The notes under the pieces were generated by a model. It searched no databases. It was not told the origin of the DNA and saw nothing but the letters and a program-made list of their open reading frames with translations. Positions 1-14,600 of a stretch of DNA of 64,000 nucleotides are shown piece by piece. Position 1 is the stretch's first letter. Each line of letters begins with the position of its first letter. The position numbers and the translations under genes are program-made. This stretch comes from Tubiluchus corallicola (taxonomy: Eukaryota > Animalia > Priapulida): positions 4,749 through 68,748 of the forward strand of contig JAQGDQ010000146.1 in the NCBI GenBank assembly GCA_030141605.1, given 5' to 3'.

Positions 1-2494
1 AGCACACTCGCTAATTTTAGCCAGAGCCACCAGTGTAACTGAGATTAAAATGATTGTCATCAAGAGTCTAGTCCCCATGACGTGCGACTCTTTTTCGTAA
101 CTTGCAAGCTTTACTCTGTTTAAAATAATAATTTATTGATATTTGAAATGTACTAACATTAAAATGGATAAATGTATTTTATACACATTTAAATCTAACA
201 CACAAACAGCACATACACAATGGGCTATTACAGATAAAACTAAAATCAAAATACGCGTATATAAAAATCACTAGAAATCTAGAAAATAAAAAGCATGCTC
301 AATACAGATATGCATGCTTAGTGTATCATCTGCTAGTTAGCATGCTTCTAACATAACTGAGACATACTACTGATGGTATACCAAAGTTCACCGAACCTTT
401 CAGTGATTACATCACAGGCTTACTGGACCGAATTTTTATACGTAGGTTTTGGTTAATTAAACTGCTAAGATTAGAAACTTTCAACTGGTTTGAAACGTGA
501 GTGTGAACAGTAAGCCAACGCCACTCGTGTGACGTCGTCAGCCAAACCGAGCTGGCTTTACTAATCAAACGGTGAGTTTACGGTCTGATATACGATGTGG
601 ATACTAGACAAAAACACATCATACTTTTAAAATTCTTCGAGATTAACGCTTGTTTAATACCCTGGTATATAATACTACGAAATACTCACATAATAATATT
701 GTTACAAAGCTTTCTTAAATCTACAAAACAGCGTAAAGCCTGGCAACGGCTACAAGCTTAGAAACTGCAAAAAACCTCAAAACACTAAAACTCTGGGAAC
801 TCTTGTTTTTGTATGTGCTCGCTCGACTGCACGTGCCGCCACTTCTCCAGATGCAAGTAAGCGATCTGCCACTTATGGATTACTATATTTGATTCGAGAC
901 AGTTTATTTATATCTAGACGTACCCTAGCCCCAAGCACTCAGGCAGGTCTTCTTTCTGTTGCAAACCTTTAAAGATTATGACAATGATGATAATAATGTG
1001 ATGCACTGCCTTGAAAATAATGTAGAAATTTTTTTCCAGGCAAAAGAAAAAGTATAGTAGTTGGTCAATACTCATACAAAGTTTTCTTACAATTTACCCT
1101 AAACTGAGAAGAGTGTAGCTGACTCGGTCATTTGATGACCAACGATCGCCACCCTTTCTCCTGCGCCTCACTAGCAGTTTCTTTAGTGCTTATTTTATCA
1201 TAATTCCTAATTAATCATTGTGATTATAGTCTATCTTGTATTCTGGTGTAAATGAGTCAGTCTATTTAGCTAAAATAATTTGTTAGTTATTACAGTACCG
1301 TAGCTTTATGACAATTGTCACGTAACAATTTCTTACTTGGCTATGCACTGCTAAAAGCTGAAAAAACTACTTTCAAGTTGTCAGCAAAAGAAATCAGTCT
1401 GAGCCAGCTTTTGTGTTACACAATTTACTTTCCTTTGCAACACCTTTCATCAAAACACATTATCTTGCTTGATTTATTTTACCTATTGTAAATATTTACC
1501 AAAGAACTCTCTAACTATTATGCCACAGTTTCCGTCTTAGATTCGAAAAGCAAAATGCACTAGATCGTGAGTGTTAAGAAATGATAGATTTTCAATTTTA
1601 TCAATTGGCCAGACTCTGTAGACAATAAACCTAACACAAAACTCCAAAGAAATTTTGTCATGCATTATTATTAATTTGTGCCTGTATTTTATTTTATCGA
1701 ATGCTTAAAACAATAATAACTCTTATAACAGATGTATAAAAAAGGTAAAACAAAAAGGATACATTAATTCTTGCTGTATGCAATATAACAAAATAAAATA
1801 AAGCCTACGACGGCATACTTTCTTATAAAATCTAGCCCCTTATATAATTTATAATTATTATTTTAAGAGAAACAGACTTTCAAACAGATCATTAACTGAA
1901 CAAATATTCACAAAATGTACCTTTCATTAAGTTTAGCAAGATTTCTACATTGTTTACTTTACGGCACTGGTAATTGGATAATGAATCAACACTATAACAT
2001 AATATTACAGTTATTCTTAAATAACTTGTACAAAACCACAACACAGAAATCAGTACAACATAAAGTGGTTTAGCAAAAACATTATTAGGCTCATGAATCA
2101 CATATCGCTTATGAATCACACATATCTCTTATGAACCTTAGTCATTTCTCACAATTCTTACTACAGCCTTGCACTGTAATTCAATATATCATGCAATATT
2201 AACTTTTATTACTGACACAAATAAGAACATACTAGAATCTGTAGTAGTTGGACAAGTGAAGTGTCCTCTCCCTAAAACCGAATCCTTGCTGAATCCTGGG
2301 TTATGCGGGAAACACTGAAGAGGTCTGACCATTGTAGCACAAGGTCAGGCATGTAATTTGCTAATTAATACCAAATCAATTCCTGTCTCTACAACTACAG
2401 ACGAAATGAATGAATGCGTTCACGATAATAACAAATCAGTTTGCTTAACATAGAAACTTGTAATGCAAAATCTGCTGCTGCAGTAATCACACTG

Positions 2495-2611
2495 CTAATC
2501 CACTAAAAGTTGCTCATCAAAATTTTCCATTTCTGAACAGTCCAACAACTCGCTATCACTGGACGCTGAGCATGAAGTTCGGAATTCAGCATGTGCCATT
2601 TCTAGCCAACT
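2495..2611 (-). CDS. TPCN1: TPC1 last coding exon
   Basis: ttacttccag|[38 protein letters not shown]. Confidence 0.8.
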   Translation of the reverse strand, partial: SWLEMAHAEFRTSCSASSDSELLDCSEMENFDEQLLVD

Positions 2612-5600
2612 CTGGAAGTAAAAAAGATAACATATGTATAAAAAGACAATAACGTGTGTAATTGTGCTTTACTTTCAGGTGCACATTTAATTATACAACC
2701 ACCAATGAGCTTCAAAGTCAGTCTAGTCTGTGAAATTTAATGATACTTTTCTCACTAAAATCAATCTTTGAGCCATATGTTTGGGCAGAAAGCACTCGAT
2801 TTGAAGATGAAACCTGTTAAGGAGAAAACAAAAGTAAAATATGTCAAGTATTATTCACGTACATGATTGTTTAGCTAAGATATAATGCAAAACATTCAGA
2901 CAGATGCTCATATGCACAGACGTCTCAGTTATATCCCTCGGTTGACACTTTTTTATTCAGAAGGTAAAAAAACGTTACATACAAAGCTGAGTATTTTTTT
3001 CGAAATTGCAGTCTATATTATTAGCTGGTGCTAGCTTTCAATCATAAGTTTAATGCATTTTTATAGCAGGTCTAATATAAAATATGTATTTTTAAAAGTT
3101 TAAGAAAACTGTGGCAGAAACTCTGACAGTATTATTAAAAATGCCACAAAAAATGTGGCACAAAATCATTTAGGAAAGCAGTATTGCGAAAGAATGTGCC
3201 GGCAACTGTTATCAAATGTACAAGAACGGTTATAGGACAAAATGTGTGACTGTCCTTAGCAATTTAGTTATACCTGAACATCATCTCTGTACATGTGCAT
3301 ATATAAATCATGCTTTGTTTTCATCCGCTCCCCAATGTAAACAGAAGAGTCCTGCTGAAAGAAAACCATTATTACTGTTTTAGCTCACAGGAAAAAAATA
3401 AAATACACACCAATGAATCTCATTAAATATAACTTAAACTGCAAATTTTTAGATGCCTGACACTTAAATGGCTACATTAAGTGCCATACCAGTTTAACAA
3501 AATGCATTAACATAGTTGTCATTCAGTAATTGGGTATCTTTAATAAATGCAGTTAGAGTTGTCATCCAGTAATTAGGTATCTTTAACACATGCAGTTAGA
3601 CATATAGCATTCAATGAGTATTGACAATACAAAACAAACAGAAGATTTCAACAGTTTAAAAATAATATTTAACACTAATTTCGTAAACGTAAACAATAGT
3701 TATGCTTATTTTAATGTTAAATTTCAGTAAACAAATTTTTGTACCACGTTTTTTTAAAAAAATCACTATAATATTAACTGATGCTTTACCAAGTGAGGTC
3801 CAAACAGGTGCAATTACATTTCTAGTTGTCATTCAGTAATTGGGTATCTTTAATAAATGCAGTTAGAGTTGTCATCCAGTAATTAGGTATCTTTAACACA
3901 TGCAGTTAGACATATAGCATTCAATGAGTATTGACAATACAAAACAAACAGAAGATTTCAACAGTTTAAAAATAATATTTAACACTAATTTCGTAAACGT
4001 AAACAATAGTTATGCTTATTTTAATGTTAAATTTCAGTAAACAAATTTTTGTACCACGTTTTTTTAAAAAAATCACTATAATATTAACTGATGCTTTACC
4101 AAGTGAGGTCCAAACAGGTGCAATTACATTTCTTCAGCAAAAATAAATCCACAAAGGCCTACAGCAAGAAAAGACAGGTAAGAAAAGCAAACACAGTTAA
4201 ACTCAAGCTAGTAGTTTGTAAGTGTTTTAGAGCAGCACATAGAAAATAACTAGAAGGCTTAGGAGTCTAAGTTAAGCAATACTCAAAATGCACAATAATG
4301 CAAGCTTTAGAAGGCTAGCAGCTTTTCAATATAGTACTAATATTATCAGAAAGATTGCATGATTTCAAAACAAGCACATTTATTGTCACTTTTTTTGGAA
4401 ACCAATTCACTCTGCATTTATGTATCTAGCAGTCTGAAAATTAAATAAAGTTTGAAAAATGGAACAAATAAAGTAGTAAACAAAACAATGTGAAAACAAA
4501 AAATTTCTAATTTTAGTCGAATCTCGATAATCTGATTCAGCTTCGATCAAATCTCCTGCAACTTCACAGAACCTCTAGCCAAGCTTACAACAAATCCTAC
4601 ATGATCACTTTCAGTTATTACAAAAACTCGCTAGTACAAAAATACACACGGTATAGTTTTTCCTGAAATGGTCTTCAACATATTTGCTCCTAAGCTAACA
4701 CTAACAGTAGAATTTTTTGCCAGCACCTAGATTACAAAGTACAATCTGACTAGAAATTCACCTGGCCTGACTGATACTGTTGACTTAAATGCATGGTAAT
4801 AAATCTCTGCAATTAAACACGTCTGAAATCAGAAATTAGCTGGTGAGTTTATGGAGACTCAAATGGAGCATTTTCCAATTGTTGACTCAAGAACAATCAG
4901 TGAAAGCTCAACATGCAAGCCGCTAATACATTCATATCTTCTGGACGGTTGTTATTCAGTAATAACACGTAAAGAGTGTAAAAAATAATGTTTGTCGGCA
5001 ACGATGAATAAAAAAATTACTTCCAAACAAACGTAATTTCATTTAATCTCTTTGGTTTCAAACAATACATAAATGTTCTTATTAACTATTTGCAATTCAC
5101 TAACTGTAAATGATTCAACAACTGATGAATGATGATTTTACAATAAAACTATTATGTGGAAATGTAGATTTTATTATGTACATACACGAGTACATATCAG
5201 TGGCTTAACAGCATTTGTGCTTATCACGGAAAAATGTTAAAGATAGATGGGGCTCTACTCACTCTACCATGACAAACAATACCCAAAGTGTGATGGATAG
5301 TTCAAAACACGCCTTAAAATGGAAAAACATGTGTTCCACAAAATTTGTATTACCGAGATTCGCTTGTAAAAGATATTCACTAGCCATGCACAAAGAATTA
5401 GTAAATTACAAAATACGGAAGAACCAAGTTAGTTATAAATTGTGCACACACACTAGAAGGAGAAAAAACTACCATGTTTAGTTGCTTATATAATGTCACC
5501 TGCTCTTGAAAGCCCGAATAGATTGGTGTTAAGTGAATAATAGAGCGTGTTCGACTATAACAAAGCTCCAGTTCTGATAAAGTCAATATGGTTTCTTGTT

Positions 5601-8600
5601 TAACCTTGTATTCTAAAAAATATAGTTACAAGTGATGATATGATAGTGGGGGTGTAAATATCATAGAGTTCTACATTAATTTAAAAAAAAATAATTTGGA
5701 ACTTCCTTCCAGTTAATTACATTATTGCTTTTTTATAGATCTATTTTATGCGGTCAGTAGTTAACCAGTCTAGCAGCAGTAGTTAATTTATGGGAACAAA
5801 ATGTATATTTTATTCTCCTAAATATCCTAAATCACACAGGCTTTGGAGCAACATATCTTGCCCTGTATGTTTAAGTAAAGACATAGCCCCCACTATAGAC
5901 ATATGAAAAGTGGAGAGAATTAAAGCTGCGCACAAAGGATGCATGGCTTCATTATAATGGAGAAGTGCATCAGAAAGAGTATATCCAAACTCCATTTTAA
6001 CAAGGTTTCTTTTACGTTGATGCATAGAAATCAGACCATAATCACACAGCCGTTTTAAATGTGAATGACTACAAAGTAAGTCCTCAACGAACACTTCCCT
6101 TTGGCAATGATTCATTTAATGTCGATGAATTCTGGCACCTTTTCTCATATAACAACAAACGTTCCACTTCAACGACAAATTTTTATCTTTAGCTTAAGCT
6201 GTGAAATTTTGCTTGTTACCTTGGTGCTCTACAGAAAAGTTATTTCTATTTTGTGTCATACTGATTAACGTATCTTGCCAAAGTGACACTCTTCTAAGGG
6301 TATGTTTTACTGATGACACTGGCGTGCCTATTGATAACTTAGTGATACTATATTGAGGCCTATCTTCTATACACCAACAACAGTTTTTCTCGGTCAAACT
6401 ATACAAAAAACATGAATTCTTAACATTTGAATTTGCCACTGCCTTTACCTTCAAAATGATCAACTCCCACTGTTCGTCGGCACTGGATGCGAAAGAGAAA
6501 TGCTTCCAATATAAATGCAACAACAATTGTCATTACCACCATTGTTGCCAGATAGAAAATCATGAAGTATATACGACTCCACATAGAATATGTAAATGCA
6601 TGACCCTCCTGGATTAGTAAAGAAAGTGTTAATGGGTAACAATGACTAATATAAAGAGTTGCATATTTTATGGGAACAAAGCTTTAATAGATTTGGCATT
6701 CAAACTACGAGCATAAATATTAATTTGACTGATGGATGCACGGATGAAAGTTCAGCTTTTCTTTATTAAATTAAATTCTATATTTCAACAAGAAAACAGA
6801 CATTTAGAAGCCCACACTAGACTCCTTCTTCAGTGTTGTAACAAGACTTTAAAACAGATTAACAAACAAACAAACAAATTGCAAGAAAAAACTTCTTAAT
6901 TTTAGGACATGAAATAATATGTATTCTAATTATAAAAAATTGCTTTGAACACTAATAACTGTTTAGTATTAAAACATCTACAAACTAGTGATATTAGATA
7001 TCGGATACCCAATATTTAGCAAAATTCCGATATTTCCCGAAATATATCGATATGTGCTTAAATATTAGCCGATTTTCATCTGTTTAAACATTCAACAGTT
7101 ACAGTGCTTCTCAGAAAAGCATGGTCATTGTAGCGCATGTACCTATGTTGGGTTGGTGCACATGTATTAGACACTATAGGTTCAACCACACATCTCTACA
7201 TTATGATATATCCAGGTATGCAACTAGAGTGCTCGGGTTTAAACTTATTAAAGCTTCAGACTACCTCAGCTTGCTGCGACTAATTGTTGAATACTCATTA
7301 GCTGATTAGCTGCAGCTGCCAGCTTATGAGTCATGCTGTAGATGAGGGCTACATTTAACTCATGTATAGCTGCTTGGGATTAATTATTAATGATTTCTCG
7401 CTGGAGTGTTTTAATTTTAATAAAGCACGAGTGATAACCCTTTCTTCTTTCTTCATGCAAAATGATATACCAGTTTGAAGTGTACAATTTATGGTGTTGC
7501 CAATTTTAGTAAATTCAATTGGAATTGGAAATGAAAAAAAAGAGTTTGTATATTTGAATGATGTTAATTATGTTGACCATTTCAATTTAGCAAAACTTTA
7601 AGCTCCGTGTTAAACTACCAAATTTCATTGTGTTTTAGTTAAGTTTACTTTTCCTAAACAGCATGTTGCAATTACGGTTAACATTACTGATATGAAAATC
7701 ATAATTATTCATCGTAATTTTTAATAAATAGTCTTATATGCAAGCAATATTCGAGCTCCAAATCATATTAGTGTACAGGGAACTTTTTTTTGCAATATTG
7801 GATCGCATCATATCGATGACCAAGGTTATTAGTATTACATCGGCTGGGAAAAACAATACCGAACAATACTTCTACAAACTGCTACTACTAGAAAATCACA
7901 AAAACAATAATCAATAATTATCAAACCTACCAAACCTCTGTATCTACCTAATTAAAAAAAACAATTTGTATACTCACCATGATTATAAACCAATTATTTA
8001 CAATTGTCAGCTCAAACAAAGTTACTGAAAACAAAAATAGCATCTCATCAGACTGTTTAACACATTAAGAAAATTGTCAAACACAAGTATAAACAACTGA
8101 AAATCACTAAGTGATTTTGCATAGACTAAAGAAGTAAAATCAACATTATAAGAATAGTCTTGGTCACGGATATTAACTTTAAAGTATAATTGAAATACCT
8201 CCGCTCATGAGAATGTTATCAAACGTGTTTAGGTAGTAATAATAGATGCTGTCATTTGCAGTTGTGTAAAAAGCTTCTACCGGAGTACCCCTATAAAACA
8301 AAACATACGTGTTGCTAGTTAGAGAAAATTAAGGAGAAAAATTAGCAAATTTTGAAATGTGCTCAAAAAATTTCCAATAAAAATTTATTAAAGAGCAGTA
8401 TTTTACCTTGTTTATAAGACTCAAGTTAACAGAAAAGAAAATTCATTGTATTTTAAATAAACGCACGTGCAATGTATCAGTATAAATAACATGGCAATGG
8501 TATACGTGAACTAATTAATTAAAATTGCTTACCAAAATGTCATTTCTACTACACATTCAGCAGAATCAAAATTAATTTGAAGTGTTGTGTTACATTCATG

Positions 8601-11600
8601 TAAGGGAGTCATAACTTATCTGGTAGCAAATATAGCTTTGCTTGAATGCACAACATAAAAACTAAAAAACAGAAGAATGTGTTGACTGTATTACTATCAT
8701 CTTTCAGAAGGCAAGAAAGTGATTAAAAGCAGGGAAGGTGCCAATAAATCCTTGTAAACAGCAGGATATCATTCAGAATGTAACACTGATATCTATATAA
8801 CCTGGCGCCGAATGGTGCATGCTGAGAGGCTTAATATACAAACAGTAATTTTATAGGTACTTATAGATATGTTGATAATACAACATACTTGCAGCAGTTT
8901 CGTAGTTCAACATCAGCAAACATTTCCATCCCAACAACAGCAAAGAAATAATAAAGAATGAGAAGAACAATGCCTACACTGAAATAAAAACATGCTATTT
9001 TATTGCAATGACAATTAATCAATATGCCTTAGCCGGAAGCAAATTTAAGTCTCTCCTATGATGCAATTAGAGATTGTAATAAATACTTATGACGTTGTTT
9101 GTAAATTAAAATACTAAAAGTGAAAAATTCATTGATATTAAATTACTATTACAGCACAAAAAAAGTGAAATAATCTAACTACGATAAAAACGAACCGAAA
9201 AGCACAAATTTTGATATTTTCCACAAATAACATCAATTTTGTCTCACTTAAAGTAAAAAAGCACATGAAATCACTGCTAAGCAATGGCAAAGAATAATTC
9301 AGCTTTTAAGAAATTAAATATATTCAAAATTAAAAAGGTAATGTGTTATTATTTTTGAGGGAATTACCTGAATAACCGAGGTAGCAACACAAACAATGTT
9401 CCAAAGACATCTCGATAGCGTGCCTTGAGCCGAAAAATTCTGGAACACAGAATTTCAGAACTTAACACATAGTATATGGGCCACTAATAAAAGCAAATGT
9501 ATCTCAAATAAATGCCAGGGTACTGATACCTTAAACTAGCTATTTGCCATCTACCTCCAATTAGCAAATGGGACCTGTGTCTATGTCCCCCCTCCACAGT
9601 CCACTAGCCCGTTGGTTTGGAAACTTTACACACCTTCTGAGATAACATATTTGGTCAGTGGACTGGAAATTTAGTTATAGTCATTGCCACGTTACTGAGA
9701 ATAAACAAGCGCATTACTTGATAATAATGAAATCCAATCATGTTTACATGGAAATGCAAACTTTCTAATACATTCAGACAGAAGGTATCGATAACAACAA
9801 TTTCTTGACCTTGTTTCAAACGCGCACTTCTACAAATGAATTTAGAAGTCAAACAGATTACCGTAACAGGCGAATAGGACGAACAGCAATAGCAAATGAG
9901 AAGTGAGTGGTGATGTACTCAGTGAAGCAGCCAACTACAGCTCCTATTGTCACCAAGAAATCAAATAGATTCCAGCCATTGAAGAAATAACCTCGAGGTC
10001 CTAAAGCTGCAATCTTTAACCATGTTTCCAAACAGTAAACTGTAAAAACAAAAACAATTTACAAAAATAAGAATGACAAAACAATGCTTAACGACACACT
10101 TCATACTGGATAAACAAAATAAAAAACAACAGAATTGTAACTGGTAACATGGATACCTTTGAATGACCAGCACTAATATAATCAATGATAAGTGCTTATT
10201 AAATGCAGGCTATAAAAGTACGCCAGTATGTTTATGTGCTGCCATGCTCAAATGCTGTCATCTTGTAGTCTAGTAAATTATAACTTTGCAGGTTATGGCA
10301 GATGTCTGCATCTTCTAAGTGTCATTCTAGTTAAGTTGGTGCTTTTGCTCTTCAACATTAGTAACCAGTGGCCCACTGTTTTAGATGCCCTGCATGGCAA
10401 GAAATTGTAAGACTAATGTAAAAGCATTAAGCAAACAATGGGCCACTTAGGCAGAAAAATGGCTGTTCTCCAAAGAGATGCTTATGTGGGCACTGTAAAG
10501 AAAATTTTAACTAAAACTGCCAACCTCTTGTATTGCCTACAGAAGTACAAACATTACTTGTTTATTTTGAGTTAGGTGAAATATATCATATATCATATAC
10601 CGTATATACTCGCATATAAGCCTACATCGCATATAAGCCGACCCCCTAAAACTGCTTTAAAATGGCCAGTTTTTGCAAAAACCCGTATATAAGCCGACCA
10701 TCAACTTGTCTCATCCATGTTGCCAATTCTGCAGAGAGGGAAGTCACCAGCCTTTCTTTGATCAATAACATACTTTTGAAAACCCAAAAGTTTATGTTCA
10801 TATTGTGATGGCAATTTTTGTGCAATTTTCGTTCTCTGTCTCAAACTTATAGAGTGTCTGTTCAGAAAACGTGTACACCAATATGTTCCCTCTATAAGAC
10901 ACGTTACCCTCGTCTCCCCACACGCTGCCTACCAATTGGCTGATGACGTCGGCTTCACCACTAGCTGTAGCTTGGTTACGGCTCGCAACTGGTGACACAC
11001 AGTGGTGTATTGCTAAATAAAAAGTAGGTGGACGGCTAGTCTCAAGACTTACCATTTTACGTTCACAAATTTGAAAGAAATTGACATTATTTAAAACCGT
11101 TTTTTGAAAAAATGAAAACAAGTAGATTTGATATTAAACCCGTATACATTTTTAATATTTTTTATCCAATGAATACAAAAAGCAGACATTTATTGAAATG
11201 TGAATTTTTTCTAAAAAAAAAGTGGGTGGACGGCGATCCCCCACGATCCCCCTCCAATACACCACTGGTGACACACAACCAAATAAAGAGTCAGATAGCG
11301 ATGAAAATGTGTGGCTGGAAAATTGGCATTAGTGTCTGTCCTTGTGTTCATTTTGTATCATGCGCATATAAGCCGACCCCCTGATTTCAGTATTGTATTT
11401 TATAGTTCTAAATTCGGCTTATATGCGAGTATATACGGTACTATAATTTATTTGCAAGTTACAGTAAGTTAAAAACCATGATACTTTGCTGTTAAAGGAA
11501 AACTGGACCCAATCCTAAACTGAAGTTCAAAACAATCTGCTCTTTAAAATATTGAAAGGGAATGTACTGGTTTTTAAAGAATTACTTGAGTGAAAGAATT

Positions 11601-14600
11601 ATTGCTACACAAAAGTAATTTTGTGTTCCCGCGGCTAGTTCTTCACTGTTACATACATTTCCCCATTCGTTAGTTACATGGGCACTAGCGTCAACATTTC
11701 AGAGCTGCTCGTTTGTGACGTAATACCCGTTTGACAGTTCGAGAGCTCATGTGTGAACACAGTGATAAATTCAAAATTTCAATTTTTATCTTAAAATTTG
11801 CCGAGTTTTTGTATTTACACTATATGTTGTACAGCAGCACACAGCTGGAACACGCTCACAGAATGTTTGTGCTATTGAAAATGAAAATGGGGTAGGGTAC
11901 GAAAAATGCCCTGTTTTGCTTTAATAAACAAGACTGTTATTTTAATAGTATAAACATGTTCATCATAACTTTTAAGTCTATTGAAAAATCAACTTAGGAA
12001 ATGTACAGACTATAAGAGCATAGCTGATGCTTTGACATTTGAATTTCAGCACCATCAAGTGAATAATCTTCTTTCCTTTTGTGGAAGATTGAGAAAGCTT
12101 TTTTTGCCAGGCTTTGTTTCAAAATGCATCGAAAATTTTGCAAAAAAAAAAACAAAACAAATGTGTTTGGTGATGAAGCATGCCTGCAACACAGCCTGAA
12201 CACAGCTTAGTCTTACTTCAAAATGGTCAAGCTTGTTTTCACAGCTTTCAACACTTTTGTACAGTGCATACCAAACTATTCACTGGGACACTAAGGTGGA
12301 TAACTGAGCATCCCCCAGTATCCTTAAAGTATTTTGTAGTAGGATAGAAGGTAGACTGTAGGTTGTTGATTTCTTTTACACGCGTGATCGGAAAATTGAA
12401 AAAAATATATATTTGTACAGTTGTGTAAACAGTACAAATAATGCAAAGGAAAATATGTACGAAGCACCATCAAAAACACATAGTGACAAAAGTTGCCCCG
12501 TTCTCTCTTTGCCATACTGGTGAAAGTATGACATAGTGACACAAGTTGCCCCGTTCTCTCTTTGCCATACTGGTGAAAGTATTGACGCAATACATAGCCA
12601 TCATTCCTCACCCAATTTGTCATTTAAAAATTTGTGTCTTTGGCCTTTTTTATTCAAAAACATTAAATTTTATCGCATTGTGTTCCAGAGACTCAGCTCG
12701 AGTCTTTGAGAGCATAAAAGACAGCCATACTACATCCCCACATTCAGCAAAAAACTTAAAAGTAATTAATTACAACCTCTCTACAGAAAACTAATTATGG
12801 AATTAATAATTTAGTACCAAACAAATCGTTGACCCAAATATAACGTACCATGTTGTCTCGCCAAACAAAAGTCTGCAAAAACTCAATGCAAGCCTGACAG
12901 CAGCGACATTTGCTTTATTGCGCAGTCAGTTAATGTGTGAAAAGTCAACAGCATGATCATAACATCCCATTATGTTGTGATTGTTTCACAGTCATGTGCA
13001 TTTGTATGCAGCACTTATACACAGTGCTCAGTAGTGTGGTTTTCAAAATTATGTTAGTTGATGCTAATCACAATGTGTTTAACTTTAAAAGGTTTGAACG
13101 TACTGGCGCTGATAGTAGTAGAACTGCAGATAACAGTTGCACAAAGTTTTGCTTTGAATGCGAACAGTTTGAAGAAAATAAATTGGAATGAACACTGCCT
13201 AAAAATAAACGAAAGTGTGATTGAAAAGACAAATAGATGGAGTGACAATAATTTTTACTTTACAAGCAATAATCTCAGCAAGAATGTAAAATCACTTCAA
13301 CATATAAGAGTTGCTTATGCTATCGAAGATGCACAAATCTCAGCTGACCATTATATACCCGTTTTAGATATGGTGTGTAAAACATTAAATATAACTTATG
13401 ACATTAATTATTTTGCACTATGGCAAACCAGCTACAGTGACATGGCAGAGTCTGGAATGACGGATTTAATTCTAAGTCCAATAATTTGGACACCAGAACG
13501 AAGCAAGGTAATGACCTTCATGTCTGGAGGGGAGGCTATTCATGTAACTTTTCTTATAAAAACTCCAGAAATAGATGCTGGTGGCTTGTCACTTGTAGCA
13601 CCAATTAGTACAGGAATCTGGGTGTTCTTACTGGTATTTAGTCTTCTTACAGGCTGCTTATTATTCGTATTGGAAAAATGTGCGACAACTAGAGGCCAAA
13701 ACGAAGAAATCAATTCTATAGCCTATTACGTCAGTTACACTATGGCTTCATTTCTGCAAAAAGATGGCCCACATTTACGTAATAGTGTGGCTTCACGAAC
13801 AATGATGTCATGTTGGTGGGTTTTTGCAATATTCATAACAGCTGTATACACAGGTACACTAGTGTCATTTCTGACACTCAGAACACCTGTCTATCCATTC
13901 ACGTCATTGGAAGAGTTACTCGAAAGTACAATTACCCCGATCACTTTACCAAACTGGGCAGAGGTCGAATATTTACGAAACAGTCAACCAGATTCTGTAA
14001 GAGGAAAGCTGTGGAAGAAAATGCAAAGGGACAACAACGCTTTACCACATACTGCACAGGAAGCACTGGATCTAGTTGCTACAGATGATTATGCCTTTAT
14101 GGGACACAGTAATGATTTTGAACAACTGATTATACATGATTTTGAGAAACATGGCAAATGCAGATTTGCAGTGGCACCATTTTCAATATATACAGCATTA
14201 CTATCGTGGGGTGTACCTAAAGCAAGTAAGATTCAATCAATGGTAGAGTATGGATTTCAGATCGTCATTCAGAGTGGCCTGGCTCAGAGAATATATCTTG
14301 ATGATTTCAATAAAAATGGTTCACAATGTTCGCATTCTCTCACACAAGTTGTCAAAACTGAAGTACTGCATATGTCAGACCTGCATTCAGCATTTGTTAT
14401 CCTAGCTATAGGCATCATCGTTGCCACAACTGTTATTTGTCTGGAATATCTATGCACAAAATTTGTACAAAGATCATCCGACTGAGGAGACGTGCTAGAA
14501 ATGTTGCTCTTCTCAGAAAACAACAGTATAATTAACACATCTCTATCATCAGTTTTAATCACAATTTTTATAGGTCATACCTAGATCATGCCTACCAGCA

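Noticed and set aside
376-593. Possible inverted-repeat element (GTATACC..TTCACC / GGTGAG..GATATAC)
   Set aside because: TIR match is gapped and no TSD could be defined
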